Below, in pieces: positions 9,588 through 19,752 of a stretch of DNA of 64,000 bases; the first letter of the stretch is position 1, and every line of letters begins with the position of its first letter. The stretch is from an uncultured Candidatus Bathyarchaeia archaeon. GTDB lineage: Archaea; Thermoproteota; Bathyarchaeia; 40CM-2-53-6; DTDX01. Under the pieces are notes generated by a model. That model searched no databases, was not told where the DNA came from, and saw nothing but the letters and a program-made list of their open reading frames with translations. Made by a program: the position numbers and the translations under genes. The stretch covers positions 16,493 to 80,492 of the forward strand of contig CAZSNM010000002.1 of the NCBI GenBank assembly GCA_964608455.1. The letters run 5' to 3'.

Positions 9588-9929
9588 TTGAGCGATATTA
9601 AACGAATGGCAGATTTATTAAAGTCTGGAGCAAAAATGCTTTCTGAATCATGTCCTATATGCAATACTCCATTATTTGAGTTTAAAGGTGAAGTTTTTTG
9701 CGCCAAATGTAATAAGCCTGTAGCAATAGTTAAAGGTTTAAAAGAAGAAGAAAAAATTAAAGCTAATCAAACCTTAAGTTTGTTAGAGCAAAATTTGCTT
9801 AAAAAAATATGGGAAGCCAATATTACGCTTCAAAAAGAAAATGATTTTGAGAAACTTTTTAATTTAACAGAAATGATTTCAAATTGGTTAACAATTTTAG
9901 AAAAAATTAAAAGGATTAAAACTGAATAA
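9588..9929 (+). CDS. UPF0148 family zinc-ribbon protein (autoantigen p27-like)
   Basis: KRMADLLKSGAKMLSESCPICNTPLF...CAKCN zinc ribbon; TTG start 8 nt after GGTGA fits homolog N-termini (alternative ATG at 9573). Confidence 0.7.
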   Translation: MSDIKRMADLLKSGAKMLSESCPICNTPLFEFKGEVFCAKCNKPVAIVKGLKEEEKIKANQTLSLLEQNLLKKIWEANITLQKENDFEKLFNLTEMISNWLTILEKIKRIKTE

Positions 9930-9938
9930 GCATTTTTA

Positions 9939-10667
9939 CTAATCAGTTTTTTCAGGCAAGTATTCAGCAGTTAAAACTTTTCTTATTTTTTTAGAGATTT
10001 TATCGCCTATTCCATCAACTTTTTTTAATTCCTCTTCAGAAGCAGTAAAAACTTTTTCTACAGTTTTAAATTTTTCTAAAAGCCTTCTAGCAATTTTAAC
10101 ATTAACATTTGGTAAACCAGCAACCAAATACTCTTGAAGTGCAGTTAAACTTAAAGGTTTTTTTTCACTTCTAATTTTAGGTTCCCTTTTTTCAATTATT
10201 TGCTCTCTTTTAGCAAGGCTGAAAATAAATAAAGCTGATTCGAAAAAATCCCTAGTATAAACTAAGGATAAATTAAAATCTGTTATTAAACTTGAAATAG
10301 CGCCCATAATAGCTTTAGGGTTTAAATTTCTTTCAGTAGATAAAGGATTACCTTCGATTAATAATATAGGTTTTTCATAATATTCCTTCATTTTTTTAGC
10401 TTGCTCAAATAATCTTCCATCAATTATTGAAGAACAAAAATCTTCAGAGGTTTTTCTTTCAATAATTATTTTATCGCTTACTATGAAGTCTCCGCATTCA
10501 AGACTCTTCAATTCTATAATTGCGCCAAGCTTAGATAATTCATTTATCACTTTAGAGTTTACTTCTCGAGAATCCGCAATTATTTTTATAATTTCAACCC
10601 TTTTGTTTTTATCCTTATTAATTAAAAAATCTTCCATTTTAGATTGCTCTTTTCGCATTTCAACCAT
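9939..10667 (-). CDS. XPF/ERCC4-family structure-specific nuclease, short form (ERCC4 nuclease + HhH2, no helicase domain)
   Basis: GDFIVSD...IERKTSEDF nuclease motif; C-terminal tandem helix-hairpin-helix (GLPNV, GIGDK). Confidence 0.8.
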   Translation of the reverse strand: MVEMRKEQSKMEDFLINKDKNKRVEIIKIIADSREVNSKVINELSKLGAIIELKSLECGDFIVSDKIIIERKTSEDFCSSIIDGRLFEQAKKMKEYYEKPILLIEGNPLSTERNLNPKAIMGAISSLITDFNLSLVYTRDFFESALFIFSLAKREQIIEKREPKIRSEKKPLSLTALQEYLVAGLPNVNVKIARRLLEKFKTVEKVFTASEEELKKVDGIGDKISKKIRKVLTAEYLPEKTD

Positions 10668-10807
10668 AGGTAAAATCCCTAAAACTTTAAGATATAAAAG
10701 TAAAAGTAGCTTTAATAAACATAACTTTTAAAAGCAAGATTTAAACAAATACAAGGTTAAACAAGAAAGCTTAATTTTCAACTTTAATTAAAAATTAGTG
10801 AGTTAGT

Positions 10808-12136
10808 TTGAGTGCTTTAGAAACTTTAGGTAAATCCTTAAGAGAAGCTGTTAAAAAACTTTTAGGAAAATCAATAGTGGATGAAGCAGCTGTTAAAGAA
10901 TTAATTAGGGATTTACAAAGAGTTCTTCTTCAATCAGATGTAAATGTAAAACTTGTTTTTGAATTATCTAAAAGGGTTGAAGAAAAAGCATTAAAAGAAG
11001 CTTTACCACCTGGAATTTCAAGAAAGGAACATATAATTAAGGTTCTTTATGATGAACTTACTAAGATTTTAGGTGAAAAACCTGCAGAAATAGATTTTGC
11101 TAAAGAAAAGAAAAAAGTTATAATGCTTGTTGGAATTCAAGGTTCAGGTAAAACAACTGGTGCTGTAAAAATAGCTAGGTTTTATCAAAAAAGGGGTTTA
11201 AAAACAGCATTGATTTGTGCTGACACTTATAGGCTTGGAGCTTACTCGCAATTGCAACAGTTAGCAAGTAAAATTGGAATTCCAGTTTATTGGGAAGAAA
11301 ATTCTAAAGCTGAAGAAATAGCTTTGCATGGAAAAGAAAAATTTATTAAAGAAGGGTATGACCTTGTAATAATTGATACAGCTGGTCGACATAAAAATGA
11401 AAATGAACTTATGGAGGAAGTGAGAAGATTAACTGAGCTTGTAAAACCTGATGAAGTTATGTTAGTTATAGATGGTACAATTGGTCAACAAGCTTATACG
11501 CATGCAGAAGCATTTAATAAATCAACTAACATAGGTTCAATCTATGTTACAAAACTTGATGGATCAGCAAGGGGAGGGGGAGCATTATCAGCTATAGCTG
11601 CTACTGGAGCAAAAATTAAGTTTATAGGTGTGGGAGAAGACATAGAGGATATAGAACCTTTTGTTCCATCAAAATTTGTTGGTAGACTTTTAGGAATGGG
11701 CGACTTAGAAGCTTTAATTGAAAAAGTTAAAGAAGTTGAAGAAGGCTTAACAAAAAAAGAAGCTAAGGCAATTTTAGAGGGAAAATTTACCTTAAAAGAT
11801 CTTTATAGTCAAATGAATGCTTTAAAACGTATGGGTCCATTAAAAAAGCTTTGGAAAATGCTTCCAGGTGGTGTAGAAATTCCTGAAGATCAAATTGAAA
11901 TAATTGAAAAAAAACTTGGAGCTTGGAGAGTAATAATTCAATCAATGACTAAAGAGGAAATCGAAGATCCAAAAATTATTGATTCCTCACGAATTAAAAG
12001 AATAGCAAGAGGCTCCGGAAGAACCGAAAAAGAAGTGAAAGAACTTATAAACCAATATTTTAATATGAAGCGAATGATTAAAACTTTAAAGAGAAGAAAA
12101 GCGCTTTTAATGAAGAAGCTTCCATTCCCATCCTAA
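10808..12136 (+). CDS. srp54: Signal recognition particle protein SRP54
   Basis: N, G (GIQGSGKTT, DTAGR, TKLDG) and M domains; full-length alignment to archaeal SRP54; TTG is the only possible start (no in-frame ATG before the G domain). Confidence 0.9.
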   Translation: MSALETLGKSLREAVKKLLGKSIVDEAAVKELIRDLQRVLLQSDVNVKLVFELSKRVEEKALKEALPPGISRKEHIIKVLYDELTKILGEKPAEIDFAKEKKKVIMLVGIQGSGKTTGAVKIARFYQKRGLKTALICADTYRLGAYSQLQQLASKIGIPVYWEENSKAEEIALHGKEKFIKEGYDLVIIDTAGRHKNENELMEEVRRLTELVKPDEVMLVIDGTIGQQAYTHAEAFNKSTNIGSIYVTKLDGSARGGGALSAIAATGAKIKFIGVGEDIEDIEPFVPSKFVGRLLGMGDLEALIEKVKEVEEGLTKKEAKAILEGKFTLKDLYSQMNALKRMGPLKKLWKMLPGGVEIPEDQIEIIEKKLGAWRVIIQSMTKEEIEDPKIIDSSRIKRIARGSGRTEKEVKELINQYFNMKRMIKTLKRRKALLMKKLPFPS

Positions 12137-12168
12137 ATAAAAAAATTATAGTAAAGGAGGGTTAAATT

Positions 12169-12462
12169 ATGGGTAAACGCTCCAAAGGTTACCGTTCAAG
12201 AACACGTTATTTATTAAGGAAAAAACCTAGAGAAAAAGGAAAAATAGGGTTAAGCAGAATTCTTCAAGAATATAAAATTAATGATAAAGTGCTTATTGAT
12301 ATAAACCCTAGTGTTCATAAAGGAATGCCTCATAGAAGATTTCATGGAAAAATAGGGATTGTAAAGGGGCAAAGAGGAAAAAGCTATATAATTGAAGTTA
12401 GATTTGGAGATAAAGTGAAGGAAACTATTGTTAGACCTGAGCATTTAAAGCCTATTCAATAA
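12169..12462 (+). CDS. rpl21e: 50S ribosomal protein L21e
   Basis: MGKRSKGYRSRTR N-terminus; strong SD AAGGAGGG 8 nt upstream. Confidence 0.9.
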   Translation: MGKRSKGYRSRTRYLLRKKPREKGKIGLSRILQEYKINDKVLIDINPSVHKGMPHRRFHGKIGIVKGQRGKSYIIEVRFGDKVKETIVRPEHLKPIQ

Positions 12463-12481
12463 GGCTAAAAAGGGATTTTAA

Positions 12482-12820
12482 ATGCCTCGAAAAATAATTA
12501 ATGAAGAAAACATTACCATTGCTGAAGCCAAGCATATTCTTGAAAAAGCTATAAAAAATAAAGAGGAGATGGGGGAATTTCAAAAAAGAGCAGCAGATTA
12601 CTTAATGAAGTTTGCTAAACTGGAGACTCAACAAGCTAAAAAACTTGTAAAAGAATTAATTAAACAATTTAAAATTGAAGATGTTGAAGCAATTCAAATT
12701 GTAAATTGTATGCCTGAAAGTATAGAGGAAATTAGAACGATACTGGCCGGTAAAGGAAAAATTATTGAAAGCGAAAAGCTTAAAGGAATCTTAGATGTTT
12801 TAAATAATTATCGCAAATAA
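12482..12820 (+). CDS. rpoF: DNA-directed RNA polymerase subunit F (Rpo4/Rpb4-like)
   Basis: Size and helical sequence match RpoF; conserved position after rpl21e. Confidence 0.8.
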   Translation: MPRKIINEENITIAEAKHILEKAIKNKEEMGEFQKRAADYLMKFAKLETQQAKKLVKELIKQFKIEDVEAIQIVNCMPESIEEIRTILAGKGKIIESEKLKGILDVLNNYRK

Positions 12821-12918
12821 TAGTGTTTAAATAAAATAGTTTTTCTAAAAACTTTATTTTGGTTTAGTTGGGACAGCCTCAAATATTTAATAAAATTTCC
12901 TAATTGAGTTGAAAAGTT

Positions 12919-13533
12919 TTGATTAAAAGTAAAGATAATAAAGAATTAAAGATTTCTCATTCATTCAAGCCTTCTCAAAAAATTTATGAAGAGTATGGTT
13001 ATGTTTTAGATTTTTTACCTTACGGTAGACAATATAAAGAAAAATTTAAACCTATTGTTTTTCCTATAGCTCAGGTTATAGGAGAAAAATACTTTACTTT
13101 ACTGGAGGTAAAATTAAAACCTAACGTTGAAGTTAAAATTAGAGATAGGCTATATATTGGTAAAGAAAAGGAAAGAGATAAAGTCGATAGGGTTATAGGA
13201 CGAATAGGTTATGATGAATTAACAGCTACAGCCAAATCAGAGTTGTTGACTACACTTGAGGAGCTTGTGAAAAATCAAGAGCAAAGATTTGTCGCTTTCT
13301 TCAATAAAGCCCAAGCAATAACTCCAAAAATGCATTCGTTAGAGCTTTTACCATCAATTGGAAAGAAATCTATGTGGCAAATAATAAATGAACGAGAAAA
13401 AAAACCTTTTGAAAGCTTTAAAGATATTCAAGAAAGAATTGGAATTTCAAATTTAGCAAAAATAATAGCAAAGAGAATTTTAGAGGAATTAAGTGGAGAA
13501 TCAAAATATATATTGTTTATGAGGCCTTCTTAA
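12919..13533 (+). CDS. DUF655 family RNA-binding protein (S1-like + HhH)
   Basis: EEYGYVLDFLPYG N-terminal motif and HhH C-terminus; conserved neighbour of rpoF/ksgA; TTG start. Confidence 0.75.
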   Translation: MIKSKDNKELKISHSFKPSQKIYEEYGYVLDFLPYGRQYKEKFKPIVFPIAQVIGEKYFTLLEVKLKPNVEVKIRDRLYIGKEKERDKVDRVIGRIGYDELTATAKSELLTTLEELVKNQEQRFVAFFNKAQAITPKMHSLELLPSIGKKSMWQIINEREKKPFESFKDIQERIGISNLAKIIAKRILEELSGESKYILFMRPS

Positions 13534-13535
13534 GA

Positions 13536-14348
13536 ATGAAAAGTTTTTATGGATTGAAACTTAAAAAAAAGCTTGGTCAACATTTTATTTTAAGCAAAGA
13601 AATACTTTCAAAACTTGTTGAATATGCTGAGATTAACTCTAAAGATATAGTTTTAGAGGTGGGCGCGGGCCTAGGTAATTTAACTGCCTTAATAGCTGAA
13701 AAAGCTGGAAAAGTCATAGCTGTTGAAAAAGATTTGCGTTTCACTAAAGTTTTAAAAGAAAGATTTAAAAAAAATAGCAATGTTGAAATTGTTGAAGGGG
13801 ATATTTTAAAAATCGGTTTAAACCTTCCATATTTTAATAAAATTATAGGAAATATCCCATATTATATATCTTCAAAATTTATTTTATTAATGTCAAAGCT
13901 AAAATTTAATTTAGCGGTTTTAACTTTACAAAAGGAGTTTGCTGAAAGATTAACTGCTCAACCTGGAACAAAAGAATATGGAAGAATTACAATAGCAGTA
14001 AATCGAAAAATGCATATAGAGATTTTAGAAACACTACCTAAAACCATGTTTATTCCAAAACCTAAAGTTGATTCTTCAATAGTTAGATTTAAACCTAAAA
14101 ATGTTAAAACTCAAGTTAATGAAGAATTTTTTGAAGAGTTTGTGAAAAATCTTTTTACTCAAAAAAGAAAAAAACTCAGTAAAGTTTTATTAAAGTTTTT
14201 AACAAATTATGATGAGGAAGGAAAAAAGATATTTTATGCATTGCATATTCCTGAAAAAAGAGTTTATGAACTTTCAATAGAGGAATTAGAAGCTTTATCA
14301 AATCAAATAACTTCTAAACTTAATATAACTGTTTTGAAACGGGTTTAA
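13536..14348 (+). CDS. ksgA: 16S rRNA (adenine1518/1519-N6)-dimethyltransferase KsgA/Dim1
   Basis: LGQHFIL, VLEVGAGLGNLT SAM motif, NIPY motif. Confidence 0.9.
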   Translation: MKSFYGLKLKKKLGQHFILSKEILSKLVEYAEINSKDIVLEVGAGLGNLTALIAEKAGKVIAVEKDLRFTKVLKERFKKNSNVEIVEGDILKIGLNLPYFNKIIGNIPYYISSKFILLMSKLKFNLAVLTLQKEFAERLTAQPGTKEYGRITIAVNRKMHIEILETLPKTMFIPKPKVDSSIVRFKPKNVKTQVNEEFFEEFVKNLFTQKRKKLSKVLLKFLTNYDEEGKKIFYALHIPEKRVYELSIEELEALSNQITSKLNITVLKRV

Positions 14349-14350
14349 AA

Positions 14351-15064
14351 ATGGTTGAAATTAGAGTTGTTTTAGTTGAACCAGAATATGAAGCTAATAT
14401 TGGTTATATAGCTAGAGCAATGAAAAATTTTGGTTTAAATGAATTATATTTAGTTAAACCTAAAGTAAAGTTAACTAATGAAGCTTTAATTTTTTCTGTT
14501 CATGCCAAAGATATATTAAAGAAGGCAAAAATTGTAAATTCTATTCAAGAAGCTATTGAAAAAGTTGATGTGGTTATAGGCACAACTGCTAAACCAGCTA
14601 AATCTAAAAAAAACATTTTAAGAGAAACTGTTAAACCTGAAGAAGCAGCTATAAAAATTGCAGGTTTAAATGTTAAAGCAGCTTTATTGTTTGGTAGAGA
14701 AAGCAGCGGGTTATCTAATGAAGAATTAAGTTTATGCGATTTAATTTTAACTATACCAGCTAGCGATGAATATCCTACATTAAATGTTTCTCATGCAGCA
14801 GCAATAATTTTTTATGAATTTTATAAAGCTACCAGATTTAGATTTATGGAAAAACCTAAGGAAAAAATTGAGGGACATCATTTAGCAAGGCTTATAAACC
14901 TTTTTAATGAAGTAACCTTAAAGTTAAATATGCCTAACCATAAATTAAAACTTGCTCAAACAGCTTTTCATAAAATGCTTTTGAAAGGCATTACAACTTC
15001 AAGAGAAGCTACTTTAATGCTTGGAGTTTTTAGAAAAATCCGAAGTAAATTGATATCCTTATAA
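14351..15064 (+). CDS. SPOUT-class RNA 2'-O-methyltransferase (TrmJ/LasT-like)
   Basis: VVLVEPEYEANIG N-terminus and SpoU knot region GRESSGLSNEEL. Confidence 0.7.
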   Translation: MVEIRVVLVEPEYEANIGYIARAMKNFGLNELYLVKPKVKLTNEALIFSVHAKDILKKAKIVNSIQEAIEKVDVVIGTTAKPAKSKKNILRETVKPEEAAIKIAGLNVKAALLFGRESSGLSNEELSLCDLILTIPASDEYPTLNVSHAAAIIFYEFYKATRFRFMEKPKEKIEGHHLARLINLFNEVTLKLNMPNHKLKLAQTAFHKMLLKGITTSREATLMLGVFRKIRSKLISL

Positions 15065-15158
15065 AAAAAATCAGTTTTTCTTTTTAAACTTAAAAAGAAA
15101 ACTTTATAATTTAAGATTATTTATCTCGAATTAAACAAGGAGAAAAGGGGAAAATTTA

Positions 15159-15668
15159 ATGAGAGGAAAAAATTATAGGCAACCTAAAGGTCAACCCTAT
15201 GCTAGAATAGAATATATTCATGGAGCCCCTCCACCTAAAATATCTAAATTTATTATGGGAGATACTAAAGGAGATTTTGAATATTGTGTATCTTTAAAAG
15301 TTAAGAATGATGTTCAAATTCGTCATAATGCCTTAGAAGCCGCTAGAGTAGCAGCAAATAAATCTTTAATTAATGATCTTGGAGACTCTGGATATATGAT
15401 TAAAGTTAGGGTTTACCCTCATATTGTTTTAAGAGAAAATAAAATGATTGCTACTGCTGGTGCAGATAGGCTTCAAGAAGGAATGAGAAGAGCATTCGGT
15501 AAACCTATTGGAAGAGCCGCTAGAGTGAAGGCGGGAGAACCCATAATAGAAGTTTATGTTAATGAATCAGCAATTCAATATGCTAAAAAAGCTTTGAAAG
15601 CAGCCTCTTCAAAAATTCCTACACCCTGCAAAATAGAAGTTGAAAAAATTGAAGAAGCTAAAATTTAA
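15159..15668 (+). CDS. rpl10e: 50S ribosomal protein L10e (uL16)
   Basis: Characteristic R/K-rich N-terminus and IRHNALEAARVAANK region. Confidence 0.9.
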   Translation: MRGKNYRQPKGQPYARIEYIHGAPPPKISKFIMGDTKGDFEYCVSLKVKNDVQIRHNALEAARVAANKSLINDLGDSGYMIKVRVYPHIVLRENKMIATAGADRLQEGMRRAFGKPIGRAARVKAGEPIIEVYVNESAIQYAKKALKAASSKIPTPCKIEVEKIEEAKI

Positions 15669-15701
15669 ATATTTAAAGCAAATTGGAGGTGTAAATTAAT
15701 T

Positions 15702-18104
15702 ATGAAGGCTAAGAATGAAGTATTTATTTTATGGTTTGATGAAATAACTAAAGAGGATACCCCAATAGTTGGAGGCAAATCTTCAAGTTTAGGAGAAATG
15801 ATTCAAAAAACAGGTGTTCCAGTACCTTATGGTTTTGCTACAACAGCTTACGCATATAGATATTTCTTAAAGAAGGCGGGGTTAGAAGAAAAAATTAAGG
15901 AAATTTTGATGGAGCTTAAAGATCCAAATGATACTAAAACATTGCAGAAAGTTGGAAAAAAAATTAGGGAATTAATTATTAAAGCTGAAATGCCTAAAGA
16001 ACTTGCTGAAGAAATTAAAAATGCTTATATGGAGTTAAGTAAAAAAGTTGGTGAAGAAAATCCATTTGTAGCTATTAGATCTTCAGCTACAGCTGAGGAT
16101 CTTCCTGATGCAAGCTTCGCTGGTCAACAAGAAACCTTTTTAAACGTTTCTACAGCAGAAGAAGTTGTGGAAAAAGTTAAAGAATGCTATGCTAGTCTAT
16201 TTACAGATAGAGCCATATTTTATAGAATCCAAAAAGGTTTTAATCATATGGCTGTTGCTCTTTCAACAGCTGTTCAATTAATGGTTTATTCTAAAGCTGC
16301 TGGGGTAATGTTTACGCTTAATGTAGCTAATGGTGATGAAAGCCAAATTTTAATTGAAGCAAGTTATGGTTTAGGTGAATATGTAGTTCAAGGAAAAGTA
16401 ACTCCAGATGAATACTATGTTAGAAAAAGCGATCTTAAAATAGTTCAAAAGGTAATTCCAAAGAAAACCATTCAATTAATTAGGAAGCCTAATGGTGGAA
16501 CAGAAGAAGCCCCCGTTCCCAAAGAATTTCAAGATAAGCAAGTTTTAACAGATGAACAAATCATTGAATTAGCTAAATACGCTTTAGCTATAGAAAAACA
16601 TTATAACCGTCATATGGATATTGAATGGGGTTTGGATGAAAGAAACAATAAACTTTGGATTCTTCAAGCTAGACCAGAAACTGTTTGGAGTTTGAAGAAA
16701 CCTGCTGCAGAAACCAAATTAACAACAGTTGTTGAAAGAAAAGTTATAGCTAAAGGGTTACCCGCTTCACCTGGTGTTGTATTTGGAAAAGCTCATATTG
16801 TAATGAATGTTGATGAACTAAAAGATTTTAAGGAAGGAGAAATCTTAGTTACTGAAATGACAGCTCCAGATTGGGTTCCAGCCATGAGAAAAGCTAAAGC
16901 CATAGTTACTAACAGCGGAGGCATGACTTGTCATGCAGCTATAGTCAGTAGAGAGCTTGGAATTCCATGCATTGTTGGAACAGCAAGCAAAGGTGCTCCT
17001 GCTACAGAAGCTATAAAAAATGGTTCAGAAATAACTGTTGATGCTACAAATGGTGTAATATATGAGGGAGTAGTTGAAGATTTAATCAAAAAGGAAGTCC
17101 CACAATTGATGGAGGCTGGAGCTGCTGCACCTCAAGCAGTTCAAGAAGTTTATCCCGTTACTGGAACAAAAGTTTTAGTAAATTTAGGAGAACCAGAAAT
17201 AGCTGAAAAAGTAGCTAAGCTTCCATGCGATGGAGTAGGGTTAATGCGAGAAGAATTCATATGGGCTTCTGAAATAGGAGAACATCCACTTTACTTAATT
17301 AAAATAGGAAAACCTGAAAAAGTTATTGATAAGCTTGCTGAAGGAATCAGAAAGGTTTGTCAAGCAATGTATCCTAGACCAGTAGTTTTAAGATTTAGCG
17401 ATTTTAAAACAAGCGAATATAGAAACTTAAAGGGAGGAGAAGAATTTGAACCTGAAGAACCTTCAGCTCTTCTTGGTTGGAGAGGCGCTTCAAGATATTA
17501 TGATCCAAAATATAAAGAGGCTTTCAAACTTGAAGTGAAAGCTGTAAAAAAAGTTAGAGAAGAATATGGCCTTAAAAACTTATGGGTAATGCTTCCATTT
17601 GTAAGAACCGTTGAAGAAGCTGAAAAATGCATTAAAATTCTTGAGGAGGAGGGATTAAAAAGAGGACCAGACTTTAAGGTTTGGTTAATGGCTGAAATAC
17701 CAAGCAACATTATCTTAGCTGATCAGTTCAACAAGTTTGTTGATGGATACAGCATAGGATCAAATGATTTAACAATGTTGATTTTAGGTTGCGATAGAGA
17801 TAACCCAACTGTAAGCAAAATTTTTGATGAAAGAGATTTAGCTGTTAAAAGAGCTATAAAACACTTAATTGATGTGGCCCATAAAGATGGAAAAACAGTT
17901 TCTATTTGCGGGCAAGCTCCAAGTGTGCATGGACCAGACTTTATAAGATTTTTAATTGAAGCTGGAATAGATTCTATTTCAGTTAATCCTGATGCAGTTA
18001 TTCAAGTTAAAAAATGGGTAGCAAGCATTGAACAAAGAATAATTTTAGAAAAGGCTTTAGGAAAAGGTTTAGCTGAAGATCCATTGCTAAAATGGGATCC
18101 ATAA
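15702..18104 (+). CDS. ppsA: Phosphoenolpyruvate synthase (pyruvate, water dikinase)
   Basis: About 800 aa, phosphohistidine mobile domain GGMTCHAAIVSRELGIPCIVG and PEP-utilising C-terminal domain; no intein. Confidence 0.9.
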   Translation: MKAKNEVFILWFDEITKEDTPIVGGKSSSLGEMIQKTGVPVPYGFATTAYAYRYFLKKAGLEEKIKEILMELKDPNDTKTLQKVGKKIRELIIKAEMPKELAEEIKNAYMELSKKVGEENPFVAIRSSATAEDLPDASFAGQQETFLNVSTAEEVVEKVKECYASLFTDRAIFYRIQKGFNHMAVALSTAVQLMVYSKAAGVMFTLNVANGDESQILIEASYGLGEYVVQGKVTPDEYYVRKSDLKIVQKVIPKKTIQLIRKPNGGTEEAPVPKEFQDKQVLTDEQIIELAKYALAIEKHYNRHMDIEWGLDERNNKLWILQARPETVWSLKKPAAETKLTTVVERKVIAKGLPASPGVVFGKAHIVMNVDELKDFKEGEILVTEMTAPDWVPAMRKAKAIVTNSGGMTCHAAIVSRELGIPCIVGTASKGAPATEAIKNGSEITVDATNGVIYEGVVEDLIKKEVPQLMEAGAAAPQAVQEVYPVTGTKVLVNLGEPEIAEKVAKLPCDGVGLMREEFIWASEIGEHPLYLIKIGKPEKVIDKLAEGIRKVCQAMYPRPVVLRFSDFKTSEYRNLKGGEEFEPEEPSALLGWRGASRYYDPKYKEAFKLEVKAVKKVREEYGLKNLWVMLPFVRTVEEAEKCIKILEEEGLKRGPDFKVWLMAEIPSNIILADQFNKFVDGYSIGSNDLTMLILGCDRDNPTVSKIFDERDLAVKRAIKHLIDVAHKDGKTVSICGQAPSVHGPDFIRFLIEAGIDSISVNPDAVIQVKKWVASIEQRIILEKALGKGLAEDPLLKWDP

Positions 18105-18145
18105 AACCTTTTCATTTTTCTTTAACTATATACTAATTTTAAAAA

Positions 18146-19159
18146 ATGTATAATTTAGAAGAAGAATTAATAAACGCGATAAAAAAGAGGGCTGTAAAAA
18201 GAGTTCTTCTTCAATTTCCAAATGGATTAAGAAAATATGCCTTTAAATTAGCTAAAAAAATCGAGGAGGAAGCTAATGTTGAAGCGATTATTTCAGCTGA
18301 TCCATGTTATGGTGCTTGCGATTTAGCAATTGAAGAGTTAAAACATGTTAATGCTGATTTACTAATTCATTATGGTCATGCAAAAATTCCAAATTTAAAA
18401 TTTGAAAATATAATATTTATTGAAGCCCGTTCCAAAATAAATGTTGAACAAGCAGTTTTAAAAGCTGCAGAAATTTTTAAAAATGAAGAAAAAATAGGTT
18501 TATTAACTACAATTCAACATATAGATTTTTTAACTAAAGCAAAAACCATTTTAGAAAATATTGGAAAAAAAGTTTATATTGGGAATCCTGGCGAAAAAAC
18601 GATTTATAAAGGACAAATTTTAGGCTGTGATTTAACAGCTGCTAAAGATATAGCTGATAAAGTTGAAGGTTTTATTGTTATTTCAGGTGGAAATTTTCAT
18701 GGACTAGGTGTTCAATTAACAACCGGAAAAAAAACTGTTGTAGCAGATCCTTTTCTTAATGAAGCTAGAGTTTTAGACGAATTAGTGAAGGCAACAATTA
18801 GAAAAAGATGGATTCAAATATCAAGATTTTCCGAGTGCAAAAATATTGGGGTTTTATTAATTTTAAAAAGTGGACAATTAAATTTAAAATTAGCTGAAAA
18901 AATGAAGAATGAACTTGAGAAAAAAAAGAGGAAAAGCATTTTAATTTGCGTTAGAGAGGTAACCCCTGAAAATTTAAATTCATTTATAGATGTGGAAGCT
19001 TTTGTTAATACAGGTTGCCCAAGAATCCCTATTGAAGACCAATTAAAATTTGAAAAACCAATTTTAAATCCTGAAGAGGCTTTAATAGGTTTGGGGGTTA
19101 TTCCCTGGGAAAACTATGGGAAAACTCTATTAGAAAAAAACATTTGGAAATTATTTTAA
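18146..19159 (+). CDS. dph2: Diphthamide biosynthesis enzyme Dph2
   Basis: VLLQFPNGL...ADPCYGACDL motifs of archaeal Dph2. Confidence 0.85.
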   Translation: MYNLEEELINAIKKRAVKRVLLQFPNGLRKYAFKLAKKIEEEANVEAIISADPCYGACDLAIEELKHVNADLLIHYGHAKIPNLKFENIIFIEARSKINVEQAVLKAAEIFKNEEKIGLLTTIQHIDFLTKAKTILENIGKKVYIGNPGEKTIYKGQILGCDLTAAKDIADKVEGFIVISGGNFHGLGVQLTTGKKTVVADPFLNEARVLDELVKATIRKRWIQISRFSECKNIGVLLILKSGQLNLKLAEKMKNELEKKKRKSILICVREVTPENLNSFIDVEAFVNTGCPRIPIEDQLKFEKPILNPEEALIGLGVIPWENYGKTLLEKNIWKLF

Positions 19160-19752
19160 GCAAGCTTAAAGTTAGTTCAAACCTTAAATGTGAATTAGAG
19201 CAATATCCTATTCCTTCAGATGTTGCTGCAGAAATTTTGTTTATAGCTTCTCAAATTTACAATGATATAAAAAATCGAAGAGTTATAGATTTAGGTTGTG
19301 GCTCAGGTTTTTTAGCTATTGGAGCAGCAATTTTAGGTGCTAAAGAAGTTGTAGGAGTTGATTTAGATTTAAACGCTATTAAAATAGCTAAAATAAATGC
19401 TAAAACAGCTAGAGTAGAGGACAAAATTCAATGGATTGTAAGCGATATATCCTCTATAATTGGTAAATTTGATGTTGTTCTTCAAAACCCTCCTTTTGGA
19501 GTGAAAAAAAGAGGTGCTGATATTTTATTTTTAAAGAAAGCTCTTGAAATAGGTAAAGTAATTTATACGCTTCATAAATCAAGCGAAGAAAACAGAAAGT
19601 TTATAAAAAATAAAGTACTAAGTGAAAAGGGAGTAATTTCAGCTATTTTCCAAATGAATTTAACTATTCCAAGACTTTTCAATTTTCATCATAAAAGAAA
19701 ACATATTATAAAAGTTGATTTATATAGGGTAGTTAAAAATGATGATAAATAA
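19144..19752 (+). CDS. Putative RNA N6-adenine methyltransferase (METTL5/COG2263-like)
   Basis: VIDLGCGSGFLAIGA SAM motif and NPPFG catalytic motif. Confidence 0.7.
   Translation: MEIILSKLKVSSNLKCELEQYPIPSDVAAEILFIASQIYNDIKNRRVIDLGCGSGFLAIGAAILGAKEVVGVDLDLNAIKIAKINAKTARVEDKIQWIVSDISSIIGKFDVVLQNPPFGVKKRGADILFLKKALEIGKVIYTLHKSSEENRKFIKNKVLSEKGVISAIFQMNLTIPRLFNFHHKRKHIIKVDLYRVVKNDDK

Noticed and set aside
15702-18104. Intein in ppsA, ileS or other large genes
   Set aside because: Product lengths (800 and 1062 aa) match intein-free orthologs, and no HNH/LAGLIDADG-like insertion is visible.
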